DNA of 64,000 nt from Scyliorhinus canicula (GCF_902713615.1 NC_052152.1:41515810-41579809); one strand, 5' to 3'; shown: positions 24,421 through 37,995, counted from the first letter of the stretch. Program-made: numbers and translations. Notes: generated by a model not told the origin, from the letters alone.

Positions 24421-25056
24421 TGTAATATTATGTAGTTACATAGGCGTCCAGCAGAGGAAGCCTAATCTGTTGGTGATTTTCTGACATTAATGGGTAAAGT
24501 TCTGCTTGAATATATCTGCATTCAGCACATAAGAAAATGCAAGAATAAACGTATTGAATTCAAGCCAAGTTCTGCATGCGTGATTGTTACGAAGGATTCT
24601 TCAGGTTGAATGTGTGCAAGCTGCTGGAGTTACTATTCAGCTCAAACATAATCTGAACATTCTTAAAAACAGCACTCTTGTAGTGACAGCTATTTAATTG
24701 CAATATTGAAACAAATATTACGGCCTGGAGTTTCCGCTCAATTTCAATGTATTTCATTCAACATTAGCTTAACCTGCACAACAGATTGCAGAATTTTAAG
24801 CACAAATGACCTTCAGCACAATTTGAGTTTCTGCGATCTTTTATATTTGTTTCTAAAAATGTTGCGATAGAAGCTGTCTACGGCAACAGGATAAATTAAT
24901 AATAACTGAGAGTTTTCACTGATTGTATTCATTTGGAAGCCTTATCAGGGTGGCTCGAAATATTAAGCTGCAATTGGGTGCAAGGGCACTATTGGGTACA
25001 TTTTGAATGGTTGTTTAGTAATTTACGAAGGAACTGACTATTATACCCCCACCTAA

Positions 25057-25415
25057 GGGGCAGCACGGTAGCATTGTGGATAGCACACTTGCTTCACAGC
25101 TCCAGGGTCCCAGGTTCGATTCCCGGCTTGGGTCACTGTCTGTGCGGAGTCTGCACATCCTCCCCGTGTCTGCGTGGGTTTCCTCAGGGTGCTCCGGTTT
25201 CCTCCCACAGTCCAAAGATGTGCAGGTTAGGTGGATTGGCCATGCTAAATTGCCCTTAGTATCCAAAATTGCCCTTAGTGTCCAAAAAGTGTTGGGTGGG
25301 GTTACTGGGTTATGAGGATAGGGTGGAGGTGTTGACCTTGGGTAGGGTGCTCTTTCCAAGAGCCTGTGCAGACTCGATGGGCCGAATGGCCTCCTTCTGC
25401 ACTGTAAATTCTATG
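25057..25415 (+). mobile_element. Full-length V-SINE
   Basis: Head, V-core, CR1-like tail; short internal duplication AAATTGCCCTTAGT. Confidence 0.92.
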
Positions 25416-26789
25416 ATATAACTGGAAAATGGGTTATATTTATATTGAAAGCCATGCTCAGTCATTTGAAATTGAGTTACTCACAGGCGGTGAATTTAAA
25501 TTGGCACGTAACTTTTGGTTAGTGGTGGGAAACCACGAGACACCGATTCTAAAAGGGTAGAATGAGCACTTACCTCCGCTCGGATACCGCGACGAACCTT
25601 CTGCTCCGTGCAGCAGCCTTGGGCTTCCAGCAGGACTGCCTGCGCAGGCACCAGCGCGGCACAGGAGGAGTGCAATCCGGGGTCAATCCCGGCCATGGGT
25701 GACTGTGTGGAGTTTGTGCATCGTCCCCGTGTCTGCGTGGGTTTCGTCCGGGTGCTCTGGCCACATCCAAAGATGTGCAGGTTAGGTGGACTGGCCAGGC
25801 TAAGATGCCACTTAGTGTCCAGGGATCATAGAATTTACAGTGCAGAAGGAGACCGTTCGGCCCATCAAGTCTGTACCGGTCTTGGAAAGACCCACACCTA
25901 TTACCCTTTCTCCCCTTTGCTTCTCCATTCCCCTCCCCCCACTCTACATCTGTCACTGATGTTAGTTTCTCTGCTGTTTAGCCTTTCACACCTTTTGTTC
26001 TCTCTGGGGACTGCCATTCGCACCCTTTCCCCTTGCTTTCTGTAGCTATTAGCACCCCGTTTCCCAGGGTTTCCGTGGCTATGACTCATCTGTTCTTGAA
26101 AATACAGAAAAATGTGTCATTTGAAAGATGGAAATCTGGCAATATCTGGTCTGAGAGAAACATCAGAGGATACAGGGAAAGATCCCATGAAGGGTTAATA
26201 GCAGCTGCAAAAAGCAGGATTATAAAATGCAGATTCTTTCTCACAAGCAGGCTTAGCAAACACACAGGATCCTTGTATTAAGCTAAAACAATGGCTCACA
26301 CCTTCATTGAATGTAACTATCTTAGGAAGCATCTGGAAAAGCATGGATCAGAGTTTCAATTGAATTAAGTGATGAATGTTTAAAACAGGCAGGTCTGTCA
26401 AGTCATAACCAAGTGAAATTTTAGCATACAGTTAAAAGCAAAGGTTTCACACCTTCATTGAAATTAACTCTCTTAGTAAACAGCTGGAAAGGATGGATGA
26501 TGTTCAGTTGAATTTGGTGTCAATTCTATTGTGAAATTTTACTAACATCAAGTAAATTAAAAGAAAATAGGAGGCAACCTGTATATGAGAAACATAATTT
26601 AAAGTCAAAATCAAAGGCAAAGTTATGAGCTGGGGACAACTGGAAAATTAAACTGTAGAAATGACAGAAATTAAAAGTAACACCTATTAAAACCAAAGCA
26701 TCTTTGAATATCACAAAGGAACTTTGAACATCACAAAGGACAATGTAATCAGATCTGAGAGGTGAGGCCATGCCCAAAATGAATACTTA

Positions 26790-27520
26790 GTTGTATTAAA
26801 ATGTTTGGATCAAAGATACTTTTTAACAATCAAAGTGGAAATAAGTTAATTGACAACATGGTAATAAAAACTTAATAATTGTTAGACAGAGAATATAAAC
26901 CCAGGGAGCAGAACCAAGAGGGGAAGAGAAGGGGAGGAGAACTCGGAGAGAGGAGAGAGGAGAGAAGCATATTCAGCTCTCACAGCTCGGTCATGGGAAA
27001 GACAAGACGAGCAGCCGAGCTTAAACAGCTATACATCTAAGGAAGACTAGAATTTAAACAGGAGTCAGTCAGCTGAGAGATAGCTAGCAGTGCCAGCTCT
27101 TATAGCTCAATACATGGGATCGACAAGACACAGCAACGGAGCTAACCAGCGAACACATCTCAAGAAGACCAGACTTTAAAGAAGATTGATTGTCAAGGTG
27201 GGCCTGAAGGTCCCTTCAACCAACCAGAAGGATCCAGAAGCAAGATCTTTTTACCTTTCTGTAAAGAAAGCGTTTGCAGCTTTTAAAAGAAAAAATATAA
27301 TAATAAAATAACTTAACTTAACCTGAAAAAGTGGGTATTCCTAAAGTCTACTTTACTTACTTAGCAATGCAGGACCCAGGACATCGATGCTACTAAGTGG
27401 TAAGTAGATAAAATCTTCGGTGAAGGTATGAGTTATACCGGGGGATAACTTGAAAATATAGTTTGACCTGAATAGCACCCACCGAAGCCTGCATCGGAGT
27501 CAGGGAGTAAGAATCCCTGT
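26790..27520 (+). mobile_element. Probable solo LTR (family unassigned)
   Basis: GA-rich segment followed by AATAAA (about 27302) and a U5-like segment. No partner LTR or clear TSD found, boundaries approximate. Confidence 0.4.
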
Positions 27521-27619
27521 TCACCATTTAGAATGTCGGCCCTTTTTGTTATTGGGGGAATTCTAAGAATAATGGTGAGTTTTTAAAATCACATCTTTCA
27601 TTCTCACTCCACAGTATAA

Positions 27620-27780
27620 ATATTTCCTACTTTCTCTGCCTTTTAGCTTTGACAAAGGGTCATCTGGAATCAAAACATTAGCTCTTTTCTCTCCCTACGG
27701 ATGCTACCAGACCTGCTGAGATTTTCCAGCATTTTCTCTTTGGTATCAGATTCCAGCATCCGCAGTAAATTGCTTTTATC
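27620..27780 (+). mobile_element. Penelope-like pseudo-LTR remnant with an eroded hammerhead core
   Basis: TTGACAAAGGGTCATCTGGAATCAAAACATTAGC resembles CTGACGAAG...CGAAACG, followed by ACCTGCTGAGATTTTCCAGC. Confidence 0.5.
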
Positions 27781-28084
27781 CAGTCACCTTGCCCCCCCCC
27801 CTCAACTCTCCTCCCAACCCGACCTGACCACATCCCAGATCTGACTACCCCCAACCTGATTACTCATTTACCCACCTGTCTTATTTTTATGCTGCATGGT
27901 GACCAATGCCATTACTGTAAACTAACTTTGTTAAAAACAGAATGTAAATACAAATTGCAGGTTGGTTACAGTTTACATTTAGATGTGCTATTTGAACTTT
28001 GACACCTAGGTCAGGTGACCCCATACTGGAGTCCACTATCACAATGTTATGACATTTCCCATTTTTCAGAAACAAAACCTTCAA

Positions 28085-28575
28085 CAAGGGTGCAGAGGAG
28101 ATTTACCAAAAGGGTGCAGAGGAGATTTACCAGAATGTTGCCTGGTATGGAAGGAAGATCTTATGAGGGAAGGCTGAGGGACTTGAGGCTGTTTTTGTTA
28201 GAGAGAAGAAGGTTAAGAGGTGACTTAATTGAGGCATACAAGATGATCAGAGGATTTGATAGGGTGGACATTAAGAGCCTTTTTCCTCGGATGTTGATGT
28301 CTAACTCGAGGGGACAAAGCTTTAAATTGAGGGCAGATAGATATAGGAAAGATGTCAGAGGTAGGTTCTTAACTCAGAGAGTAGTAAGGGTGTGGAATGC
28401 CCTGCCTGCAACAATAGTGGACTTGCCAACACTAAACGCATTCAAATGGTCATTGGATAGGCATATGGACGATAAGGGAATAGTGTAGATGGGCTTTAGA
28501 GGGGTTTCACAGGACGGCGCTACATCGAGGGCCGAAGGGCCAGTACTGCGCTGTAATGTTCTATGTTCTATGTTC
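28085..28575 (+). mobile_element. CR1-clade LINE, 3' fragment
   Basis: VQRRFTRMLPG..DLIEAYKM..WNALP motifs; tail (TGTTCTA)n shared with the V-SINE tails. Confidence 0.9.
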
Positions 28576-29173
28576 AGACTAATTTATGTTAGAGATAACT
28601 AGGCTATGGGTGTAGCCTACTTGAGTACACATAGGGAGAGATCTCCCGGCTGTTCACGCTGGCGGGATTTTCCTGTCCTGACGAAGGTGTACCCTCGTGG
28701 GTTTCCCGGTGGTGTGGGGTGGATTCAATGGGAAATCCCACTGACAGCGATGGGAACAGAAGATCCTGCTGCCCGGCAACAGCAGGCCACTTCCCGAGAA
28801 ACACGCCACAGGGAGGCCAGGGACGCTCTCCCAAAGACTATTATTTAATCTTTTACCCATCTGTCTGTTTTGTCTTTTCTTCATCTCTGTATTTTCTTTA
28901 CAATTCTCCTTTGAAGCGTGCGCCACTGGTGCTCCATTTGGTAAGAGGACAGCTCCCAGGCTTTTGAAGCATCCACTGATACCGTGACTGTCTGACTGAC
29001 ATCGTAATACTTTAACACGGATGTCTGGGTCAGTGGTCTCTTTAGACTGGTCATTGCTTCTAATGCCATTCCACATCATTTTATAGACGTTCTCTCAGAG
29101 GTGCTGTCTGTTCTGACATGTGTGGAATGAATTTCCTCAGGCAGGTCACCACGGCCATAAACCTCTCCCAGTC

Positions 29174-30284
29174 TTTTTTTTTAAAATAATTTTTATTAAA
29201 AAATTTTGAATTTATACAACAATAACGCACCATAGTAAAATACCAAAAATAACAATAATATTAACAATCATAAACATTCGCCCCACCTCCATGAACAACA
29301 GAGCATTTTAACAACAACGCAAATTAACACAATATAAAGTTACAGAATAGACACCACAATAAGGATCCCCCCCCCCCCTCCCCCCGGGTTGCTGCTGCTA
29401 TTGACCAAGTTACCTATAGCCAGGAAGTCCAGAAAAGGCTGCCATCGTTTATAGAACCCTTGTATTGATCCTCTCAGGGAAAATTTGACCCTTTCCAATT
29501 TAATAAATCTGGCCATGTCACTGATCCAGGTCTCCACACTTGGGGGCCTCGCATCCTTCCACTGTAGCAGAATCCTTCGTCGGGCTACTAGGGACGCAAA
29601 GGCCAGGACACAGGCCTCTTTCGCCTCCTGCACTCCCGGCTCTACCGCAACTCCAAAAATCGCGAGTCCCCATCCTGGTTTGACCCTGGATCCAACCACC
29701 CTCGATACCGTCCCCGCCACCCCCTTCCAGAATTCTTCCAGTGCTGGGCATGCTCAGAACATATGGGCGTGGTTCACTGGACTCCCCGAACATCTGGTGC
29801 TACCTGTCCTCACCCCCGAAGAACCTACTCCTCCTAGTCCCGGACATGTGGGCCCGGTGCAGCACCTTAAATTGGATGAGACTAAGCCTCGCACATGAGG
29901 AGGAAGAGTTGACTCTCTCCAAGGCATCCACCCAAGTCCCGCCCTCTATCTGCTCCCCAAGTTCCTCCTCCCATTTAGCCTTCAGCTCCTCCACTGACAA
30001 CTCCTCCACCTCCTGCATTATCTTCTAGATGTCAGACACCTTCCCCTCTCCGACTCACACCCCCGAAAGCACTCTGTCCATCGTCCCCCGTGACAGCAGC
30101 AGAGGGAATCCCTCTACCTGTCGCCTAGCAAACGCCTTTACCTGCAGGTATCTGAACATGTTCCCTTGGGGAAGGCCAAATTTATCTTCCAGTTCCCCCA
30201 GGCCCGCAAACCTCCCGCCAATAAACAGGTCCCTCAATTTGCTGATGCCCACCCTTTGCCACCTCCTAAATCCCCCATCCTTGT
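29174..30284 (-). mobile_element. 5'-truncated L1-clade LINE
   Basis: ORF2 C-terminus (LIQFKVLHRAH; ARRRILLQWK..PPS..W; FYKRWQPFL); A-rich tail; 16-bp duplication ACCTCTCCCAGTCTTT at 29161-29176 and 30285-30300. Confidence 0.88.
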
Positions 30285-30564
30285 ACCTCTCCCAGTCTTT
30301 CTAACAGTCTGGGGTGGCATGTTCACGACTGCTTCAATTTTACTCTGCTCTGGCTTCAGTCCCCCACTAGTTAGCACATGTCCCAAGTACTTGATTTCAT
30401 GAAGACCTACTTTGCATTTTTTCTTCTTCAACTTTAAGTCCCTTTCTCTAGCTCTTATCAGCACCTGCTCAGACTGTGGACGAGTGCTTCTCATGTGACT
30501 CCCTAGATCAGCACATCAATCTTGATGTTCCTCCTTTTGACAGCCAATTCCCTTGAACACATCT

Positions 30565-31095
30565 TTTTCACGGCGACCCGCGATTCTCCGGCCCGGATGG
30601 GCCGAGCGGCTTGATGTTCCCGACTGGTTCACGCCGGCGGCAACCACACCTGGTCGCTGCCAGTGTGAACATAGCGCAAAAGGTGAGTTTGGGGCCTGTG
30701 AGGGGCCGAGAGGGGATCGAGCACCACGGCTGTGCTCGGGAGGGGACTGGCCCGCGATCGGTGCCCACCGATCATCGGGCCGGCGTCTCCAAGAGACGCA
30801 CTCTTTCCCCTCCGCTGCCCCGCAAGATCAAGCCGCCACGTCTTGCGGAGTAGTGGAGGGGAAGACGGCAACCTGCGCATGCGCGGCTGATGTCATTAGG
30901 CGCCGCCGGCCGCGTCATTCTCGGCGCGCCGCCTTGACACCAGCGTCAAGGCCTGGCGGCCGAGTTGCACAAAACGCCGCTCCTCATCCCCCAGGGGGGT
31001 GGGGGTGAATAGGGTGTGAGGAGCGGCCTCCGACGCCGTCGTGGAACACTCCGGGTTTCACGACGGCGTCGGCCGTTGCAGAGAATTCCGCCCGA
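30565..31095. mobile_element. Harbinger-type MITE
   Basis: GATTCTCCGG ... GAGAATTCCGCCC termini, CpG-rich. Confidence 0.6.
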
Positions 31096-32749
31096 GGTGA
31101 CAATAGTTATTCCCTTGATTAGCTTCAGATTTTCACAAGCTTTGATTCCAAGAATGAGCACTGCGCCTATTTCACTACTATAAATGGAAGTGCTTGAGAC
31201 ACCTTTTTATAGTTCACTTCAAGTTGGCTTTCTCCAGCAATTTCTTCACCTGATTAACTGGACTGCTTCACTTTTCTTTTACTTTGCTCTTTTCCTTTAT
31301 GTATCTTACGTTACAGGCTTATGGGAATGACATTTGCTTGTGCATCTGTGTCAAACTTGCAATTCGCCATCATGGTGCCAATTTTTAAACCAACATTCAC
31401 CTTCTTTCGAATTTGCTGTTACTGCACTAATGGAAAGTTCAGATTCTGTGTCTGCATCATCATCTGCAATCGTGTGCACTTTCTTAGCTTTACACATCTT
31501 TGCAAAATGATTTCGTTTATCACAGTTCCTACACTGGTTTCCGTAAGCTTTACAACCACATGGTAAATTCTCTGTCCCGCACCAACTACAATGAAATGTT
31601 TTTGTAACAGTTATATTCTTTTTACCTTCAGGCTGTGTATTTGTTTCCCCCCCCAGCACTGTTTCTGTTCAGCTGCATCTAACTGCTCGACAGTGTGCGA
31701 CGCAACATCTTCCATCATCCGTTTAATCTGCCATTTTTTTGCCTCTGCTGCTCTGCAGATATTGATTGCTTTCTCCTGCATCAGGTCCACTTCTCTTCCA
31801 AAGCTATTCTCTCAAAGAATCATTTACGAACCCGCAAATATTCTGGAATTTGGTGATTCTTCAAGCTGTCCAAATTCACACACATTAGCTCATTTTCTGA
31901 ACTCAGTTACATGCTGACTAATGTCTCCACTGCCTTCCGTGCACGTAAACAATTTCCATCTTTTAGAGGTGGTAGAATCACTGCTTTAAAACTCACCTGT
32001 GCGATACACCTGCTGGCTCAGGCAGAGATAGCAACTGTAAATTCCTAGAAAGGGAAAATCACATGAGCTGGGTTTAAACGCCCTCAGAACTTTGATCTGC
32101 TAGGCTTTCATTCATATTAACGTGAAACTGATTTCAATAGGCTTTGATTGGCAGCTTGCTTACCCAACTGTCTGGATTGTTTAATCTCATTTTCCTTCAT
32201 GCATGAGTGGATTTCAAGTACTCTGCTGTGAGATTAACCACAATGTTTATAAACATCTAGCTATGGTTGACATCTCTTGGACCACATCAAAGCCAGTTAA
32301 GTGCTCTCACTTCCCCTTTTCTCTGCAGAAAGCAGGTAAGTTTTAAAGCAGTGATTTTTTTTTTCACTGTCTCTGTATAGGCTGCTCTCTAGCTTCCAGG
32401 CAGGGGTCTCTGTAATGGGGGGGGGGGGGGGGTTTCTGGTGTGGGTCTCTCTTAAGGGGTCATTTCTCATGGGGGTCTCTCTGTTAGGGGGGTGGGGGTC
32501 TGGTCGGAGTGAGGCAGGCATTGTGGTGGGGAGGGTGGCCGTCCAATGGGCTTTAGGCATGATTTAACCACGGTGTTGTGCCTGGTGTGGATCTGGGTGT
32601 GCTGAGTAATTAGCAGGAAAGTGAGCAGAAACCAGTTTGCAATTTAACTGGCCCACTCGTGATGGAGAGTTACGGATCCGTCAAAAATGGCGAGCATATA
32701 ATTAAACCTCATTTGTATTCATTTCAATCTCATTAGCGAGAACATAGAA

Positions 32750-33330
32750 CAGAGAACATAGAACGATACAGCGCAGTACAGGCCCTTCGGCCCACGATGT
32801 TGCACCGACATGGGAAGTCAAAAACTAAAGGCCATCTAACCTACACTATGCCATTATCATCCATATGCTTATCCAATAAACTTTTAAATGCCCTCAATGT
32901 TGGCGAGTGCACTACTGTTGCAGGTAGGGCATTCCACGGCCTCACCACTCTTTGCGTAAAAACCCTACCTCTGACCTCTGTCCTATATCTATTACCCCTC
33001 AATTTAAGTCTATGTCCCCTCGTGCTAGTCACCTCCATCCGCGGGAGAAGGCTCTCACTGTCCACCCTATCTAACCCTCTGATCATTTTGTATGCCTCTA
33101 TTAAGTCACCTCTTAACCTTCTTCTCTCTAACGAAAACAACCTCAAGTCCATCAGCCTTTCCTCATAAGATTTTCCCTCCATACCAGGCAACATCCTGGT
33201 AAATCTCCTCTGCACCCGTTCCAAAGCTTCCACGTCCTTCCTATAATGAGGCGACCAGAACTGTACGTAATACTCCAAATGCGGCCGTACTAGAGTTTTG
33301 TACAACTGTGCGGCCGTACTAGAGTTTTGT
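32750..33330 (-). mobile_element. CR1-clade LINE, 3' fragment
   Basis: ORF 32841-33305 LVRPHLEYYVQFWSPH...WNALP; AGAACAT tail repeats; 29-bp tandem duplication at the 5' junction. Confidence 0.92.
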
Positions 33331-34260
33331 ACAACTGAGAAGCAGTGGCTTCCTGAGAATTAACTGACTCCCCAGCGAGAAATCATATAGGCGTCGTTTA
33401 GTGCTCCTTTGCAAAAGAAGTGAAGCTGGCGCAATAGTTGCTATGCAGAAATGAGGAGGTGAGTAGCATGTAGCTCAAGGGTACCGGACCTGCTGCCCCA
33501 CTGCTCGGCAGGAAGGGGGGAGGGCCTCGTGGTTGGGGATGGTCTTTAGATGAGATGGTGGACAGCATGTACTGCAGGAGACTCCGTCTCAGTAAAGGGA
33601 GACAGTGTGGCACTCTGTGGAGGAGGAGGACATCTGCTCCCAGTGGCCATGAAGGTCACTGCAGCCCTCAACATTTATGTAACTCATTTCTGGCACTAAC
33701 TGCTGTTAGATTCGGGCCGTGGTCTTTCCCACATGGCCATTGAGGAACCTCGTCAATCTCACCCAGAATGACACTTAGAAATCTTTCTGTTAAATTACGG
33801 CCTTTGGGGGCAATCCGCGAAAAGAGCTACCCCCTCAGCCCACCATGAGATCTACTGCACCAGGGCCTCGCTGGGAAATGACTGCACCAATTCTCGTCCA
33901 TGTGAATCCCGGCCCAGAGGACCGGAGATTCACACAGGCCTGGAGAGTCCAGTGCCCAGCCCGTTAATACCATGTAAATGGGTCAGTTTGACCCATCTGC
34001 ATCCTCCCACTGGCGTGGGCACAAACATCGATGCTGCTGCCAGTGGGAGACCGGAGCAGCGGCCGACAAGCCAACCCATGTCTTGTTTTTATATTGCAGG
34101 ATGACCAATATCATTATTGTAAACTAACTTTATTAATCCCAGAATGTGAACGTGAAGACCTCTGCAGCCTGGATTCAGTCCACATTTAAATGTGCTTTCT
34201 GACCTTCAACCCCTAGGTCAGGTGACCCCATGAAGGACAGAGTGTACTGTATTATATCCA

Positions 34261-37200
34261 TAAGACCATAAGACCATAAGACATAGGAGTGGAAGTAAGG
34301 CCATTCGGCCCATCGAGTCCACTCCACCATTCAATCATAGTTGATTTCAACTCCATTTACCCGCTCTCTCCCCATAGCCCTTAATTCCTCGAGAAATCAA
34401 GAATTTATCAATTTCTGTCTTAAAGACACTCAATGTCCCGGCCTCCACCGCCCTCTGTGGCAATGAATTCCACAGACCTACCACTCTCTGGCTGAAGAAA
34501 TTTCTCCTCATCTCTGTTCTAAAGTGACTCCCTTTTATTCTAAGGCTGTGCCCCCGCGTCCTAGTCTCCCCTGCTAATGGAAACAACTTCCCAACGTCCA
34601 TCCTATCCAAGCCATTCATTATCTTGTACGTTTCTATTAGATCTCCCCTCAACCTCCTAAACTCCAATGAATATAATCCCACGATCCTCAGACGTTCATC
34701 GTATGTTAGGCCTACCATTCCTGGGATCATCCGTGTGAATCTCCGCTGGACCCGCTCCAGTGCCAGTATGTCCTTCCTGAGGTATGGGGCCCAAAATTGC
34801 TCACAGTATTCTAAATGGGGCCTAACTAGTGCTTTATAAAGCCTCAGAAGTACATCCCTGCTTTTATATTCCAAGCCTCTTGAGATAAATGACAACATTA
34901 CATTTGCTTTCTTAATTACGGACTCAACCTGCAAGTTTACCTTTAGAGAATCCTGGACTAGGACTCCCAAGTCCCTTTGCACTTTAGCATTATGAATTTT
35001 GTCACCGTTTAGAAAATAGTCCATGCCTCTATTCTTTTTTCCAAAGTGCAAGACCTCGCACTTGCCCACGTTGAATTTCATCAGCCACTTCTTGGACCAT
35101 TCTCCTAAACTGTCTAAATCTTTCTGCAGCCTCCCCACCTCCTCAATACTACCTGCCCCTCCACCTATCTTTGTATCATCGGCAAACTTGGCCAGAATGC
35201 CCCCAGTCCCGTCATCTAGATCGTTAATATATAAAGAGAACAGCTGTGGCCCCAACACTGAACCCTGCGGGACACCACTTGTCACCGGTTGCCATTCCGA
35301 AAAAGAACCTTTTATCCCAACTCTCTGCCTTCTGTCTGACAGCCAATCGTCAATCCATGTTAGTACCTTGCCTCGAATACCATGGGCCCTTATTTTACTC
35401 AGCAGTCTCCCGTGAGGCACCTTGTCAAAGGCCTTTTGGAAGTCAAGATAGATAACATCCATTGGCTCTCCTTGGTCTAACCTATTTGTTATCTCTTCAA
35501 AGAACTCTAACAGGTTTGTCAGGCACGACCTCCCCTTACTAAATCCATGCTGACTTGTCCTAATCCGACCCTGCACTTCCAAGAATTTAGAAATCTCATC
35601 CTTAACGATGGATTCTAGAATTTTGCCAACAACCGAGGTTAGGCTAATTGGCCTATAATTTTCCATCTTTTTTCTTGTTCCCTTCTTGAACAGGGGGGTT
35701 ACAACAGCAATTTTCCAATCCTCTGGGACTTTCCCTGATTCCAGTGACTTTTGAAAGATCATAACTAACGCCTCCACTATTTCTTCAGCTATCTCCTTTA
35801 GAACTCTAGGATGTATCCCATCTGGGCCCGGAGATTTATCAATTTTCAGACCTTTTAGTTTCTCTAGCACCTTCTCCTTTGTGATGGCAACCATATTCAA
35901 CTCTGCCCCCTGACTTTCCTGAATTGTTGGGATATTACTCATGTCTTCTACTGTGAAGACTGACGCAAAGTACTTATTAAGTTCCTCAGCTATTTCCTTG
36001 TCTCCCATCACTAGATTACCAGCGTCATTTTGGAGCGGCCCAATGTCTACTTTTGCCTCCCGTTTGTTTTTAATGTATTTAAAGAAACTTTTACTATCAT
36101 TCCTAATGTTACTGGCTAGCCTACCTTCATATTTGATCCTCTCCTTCCTTATTTCTCTCTTTGTTATCCTCTGTTTGTTTTTGTAGCCTTCCCAATCTTC
36201 TGACTTCCCACTACTCTTTGCCACATTATAGGCTCTCTCTTTTGCCTTGATGCATTCCCTGACTTCCTTTGTCAGCCATGGCTGCCTAATCCTCCCTCTG
36301 ATAACCTTTCTTTTCTTTGGGATGAACCTCTGCACTGTGTCCTCAATTACTCCCAGAAACTCCTGCCATTGCTGTTCTACTGTCTTTCCCACTAGGCTCT
36401 GCTTCCAGTCGATTTTCGTCAGTTCCTCCCTCATGCGCCTGTAATTACCTTTATTTAACTGTAAAACCTTTACATCTGATTCTACCTTCTTTCTTTCAAA
36501 TTGCAGACTGAATTCTACCATATTATGATCACTGCTTCCTAAGTGTTCCCTTACTTTAAGGTCTTTTATCAATTCTGGCTCATTACATAACACTAAGTCC
36601 AGAATAGCCTGTTCCCTCGTGGGCTCCATCACAAGCTGTTCCAAAAAGCCATCCTGTAAACATTCAATGAATTCCCTTTCTTTGGGTCCACTGGCAACAT
36701 TATTACCCAGTCCACCTGCATATTGAAGTCCCCCATGATCACTGTGACCTTGCCTTTCTGACATGCCCTTTCTATTTCGTGGTGCATTTTGTGCCCCTGG
36801 TCCTGACCACTGTCAGGAGGCCTGTACATAACTCCCATTATGGTTTTTTTTGCCTTTGTGGTTCCTCAACTCTACCCACACAGACTCCACATCGTCTGAC
36901 CCTATGTCGTTTAGTGCTATTGATTTAATTTCATTTCTAATTAACAAGGCAACCCCGCCCCCTCTACCCACCTCTCTGTCTTTTCGATAGGTTGTAAATC
37001 CCTGGACGTTTAACTGCCAGTCCTGCACCCCCTGCAACCACGTCTCTGTGATGCCTACCACATCATACCTGCCAGTCACAATCTGGGCCACAAGCTCATC
37101 TACCTTGTTCCGTACACTGCGGGCATTTAAATATAGCACCTTTAATTCCCTATTGACTGTCCCTTTTTGTTTTCTTAGTGTGGTGGACCTTGGTTTACTG

Positions 37201-37378
37201 AGCCTTTCCATACACTGTGTCATATTTTGTGAGATGGGGACTATCGTAACCTCTCCTGAGCTCTGTCTTTTCGTGATTTTTTGTAATCCTAAGCAGCTAC
37301 GCTTCCCACTGATTCCTTCACCTCTTGGTTCCCTGACTTTCCCTTCCCCCCCAATCTCTAGTTTAAAGTCCTATTGAA
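34261..37378 (-). mobile_element. Young CR1-clade LINE with nearly complete ORF2, truncated at the end of ORF1
   Basis: (TATGGTCT)n 3' tail; candidate TSD ATATCCA at 34254-34260 and 37379-37385; APE and RT domains. Confidence 0.93.
34347..37150 (-). pseudogene. CR1 ORF2 (APE endonuclease + RT) broken only by two compensating 1-nt indels
   Basis: APE motifs LNARS, GITETWL, YRPP, GDFN, SDH; RT motifs DFQKAFD, GVPQGSVLGP, FADD. ORFs 36813-37223 and 34347-36764 are in the same frame, with 36629-36838 in a shifted frame between them. Confidence 0.9.
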
Positions 37379-37409
37379 ATATCCACTTACGTAATCACCC
37401 TAATATCAT

Positions 37410-37995
37410 GACAGTACCCACCTGCCACCTCACCCACTTATCCACTAACTCACCTCACCCACCTATGCACCTGACCCACCTATCAACTCACCCACCTTCT
37501 CCTGTCACCTACTTACCCACCTCACCTACTTACCCAGGAATTTACCCACTTACCCACCTCACCCATTGACCCAATTATCCACTTACCCATCCACACATTT
37601 ACTCCCGTACCAGCTTACCCCATACCCATTTACCCACCTCACTTACATACCCACATCATTCACTTATCCAGGAATTTACCCACTTACCCACCTCACCCAA
37701 TTATCCAATTACCCACCTACTCACCTCACCCATTTGCTCATTTACCCACCTACACACCTCAGCCAATTACCCATTTACCCACCTACGCACCTCACCCAAT
37801 TACCCACCGTACGCACTCACTCACCTCACCCAATTACCCATTTACCCACCTACTCACCTCACCCAATTGCCCATTTACCCACCTTACTCACTAACCTCAC
37901 CCATTTACCCACCTACGCACCTCACCCATCCCTATCTACTTACCCACCTCACCCACTTACCGATACACTCATTCACCTATTCCTCCATACACCCA
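37410..37995. repeat. Degenerate C/A-rich satellite (ACCCACCTCACCC / TTACCC units)
   Basis: Recurrent TTACCCACCT, CACCTCACCC and CAATTACCC motifs. Confidence 0.9.

Larger units (their letters stand above)
28860..32030 (-). mobile_element. Degenerate Ty3/Gypsy internal region, interrupted by an L1 fragment and a MITE
   Basis: Gag zinc knuckle CRNCDKRNHFAKMC (31351-31659), RT remnant LKLKKKKC..IKYLGHVL, RNase H remnant VSVDAS. Confidence 0.8.
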
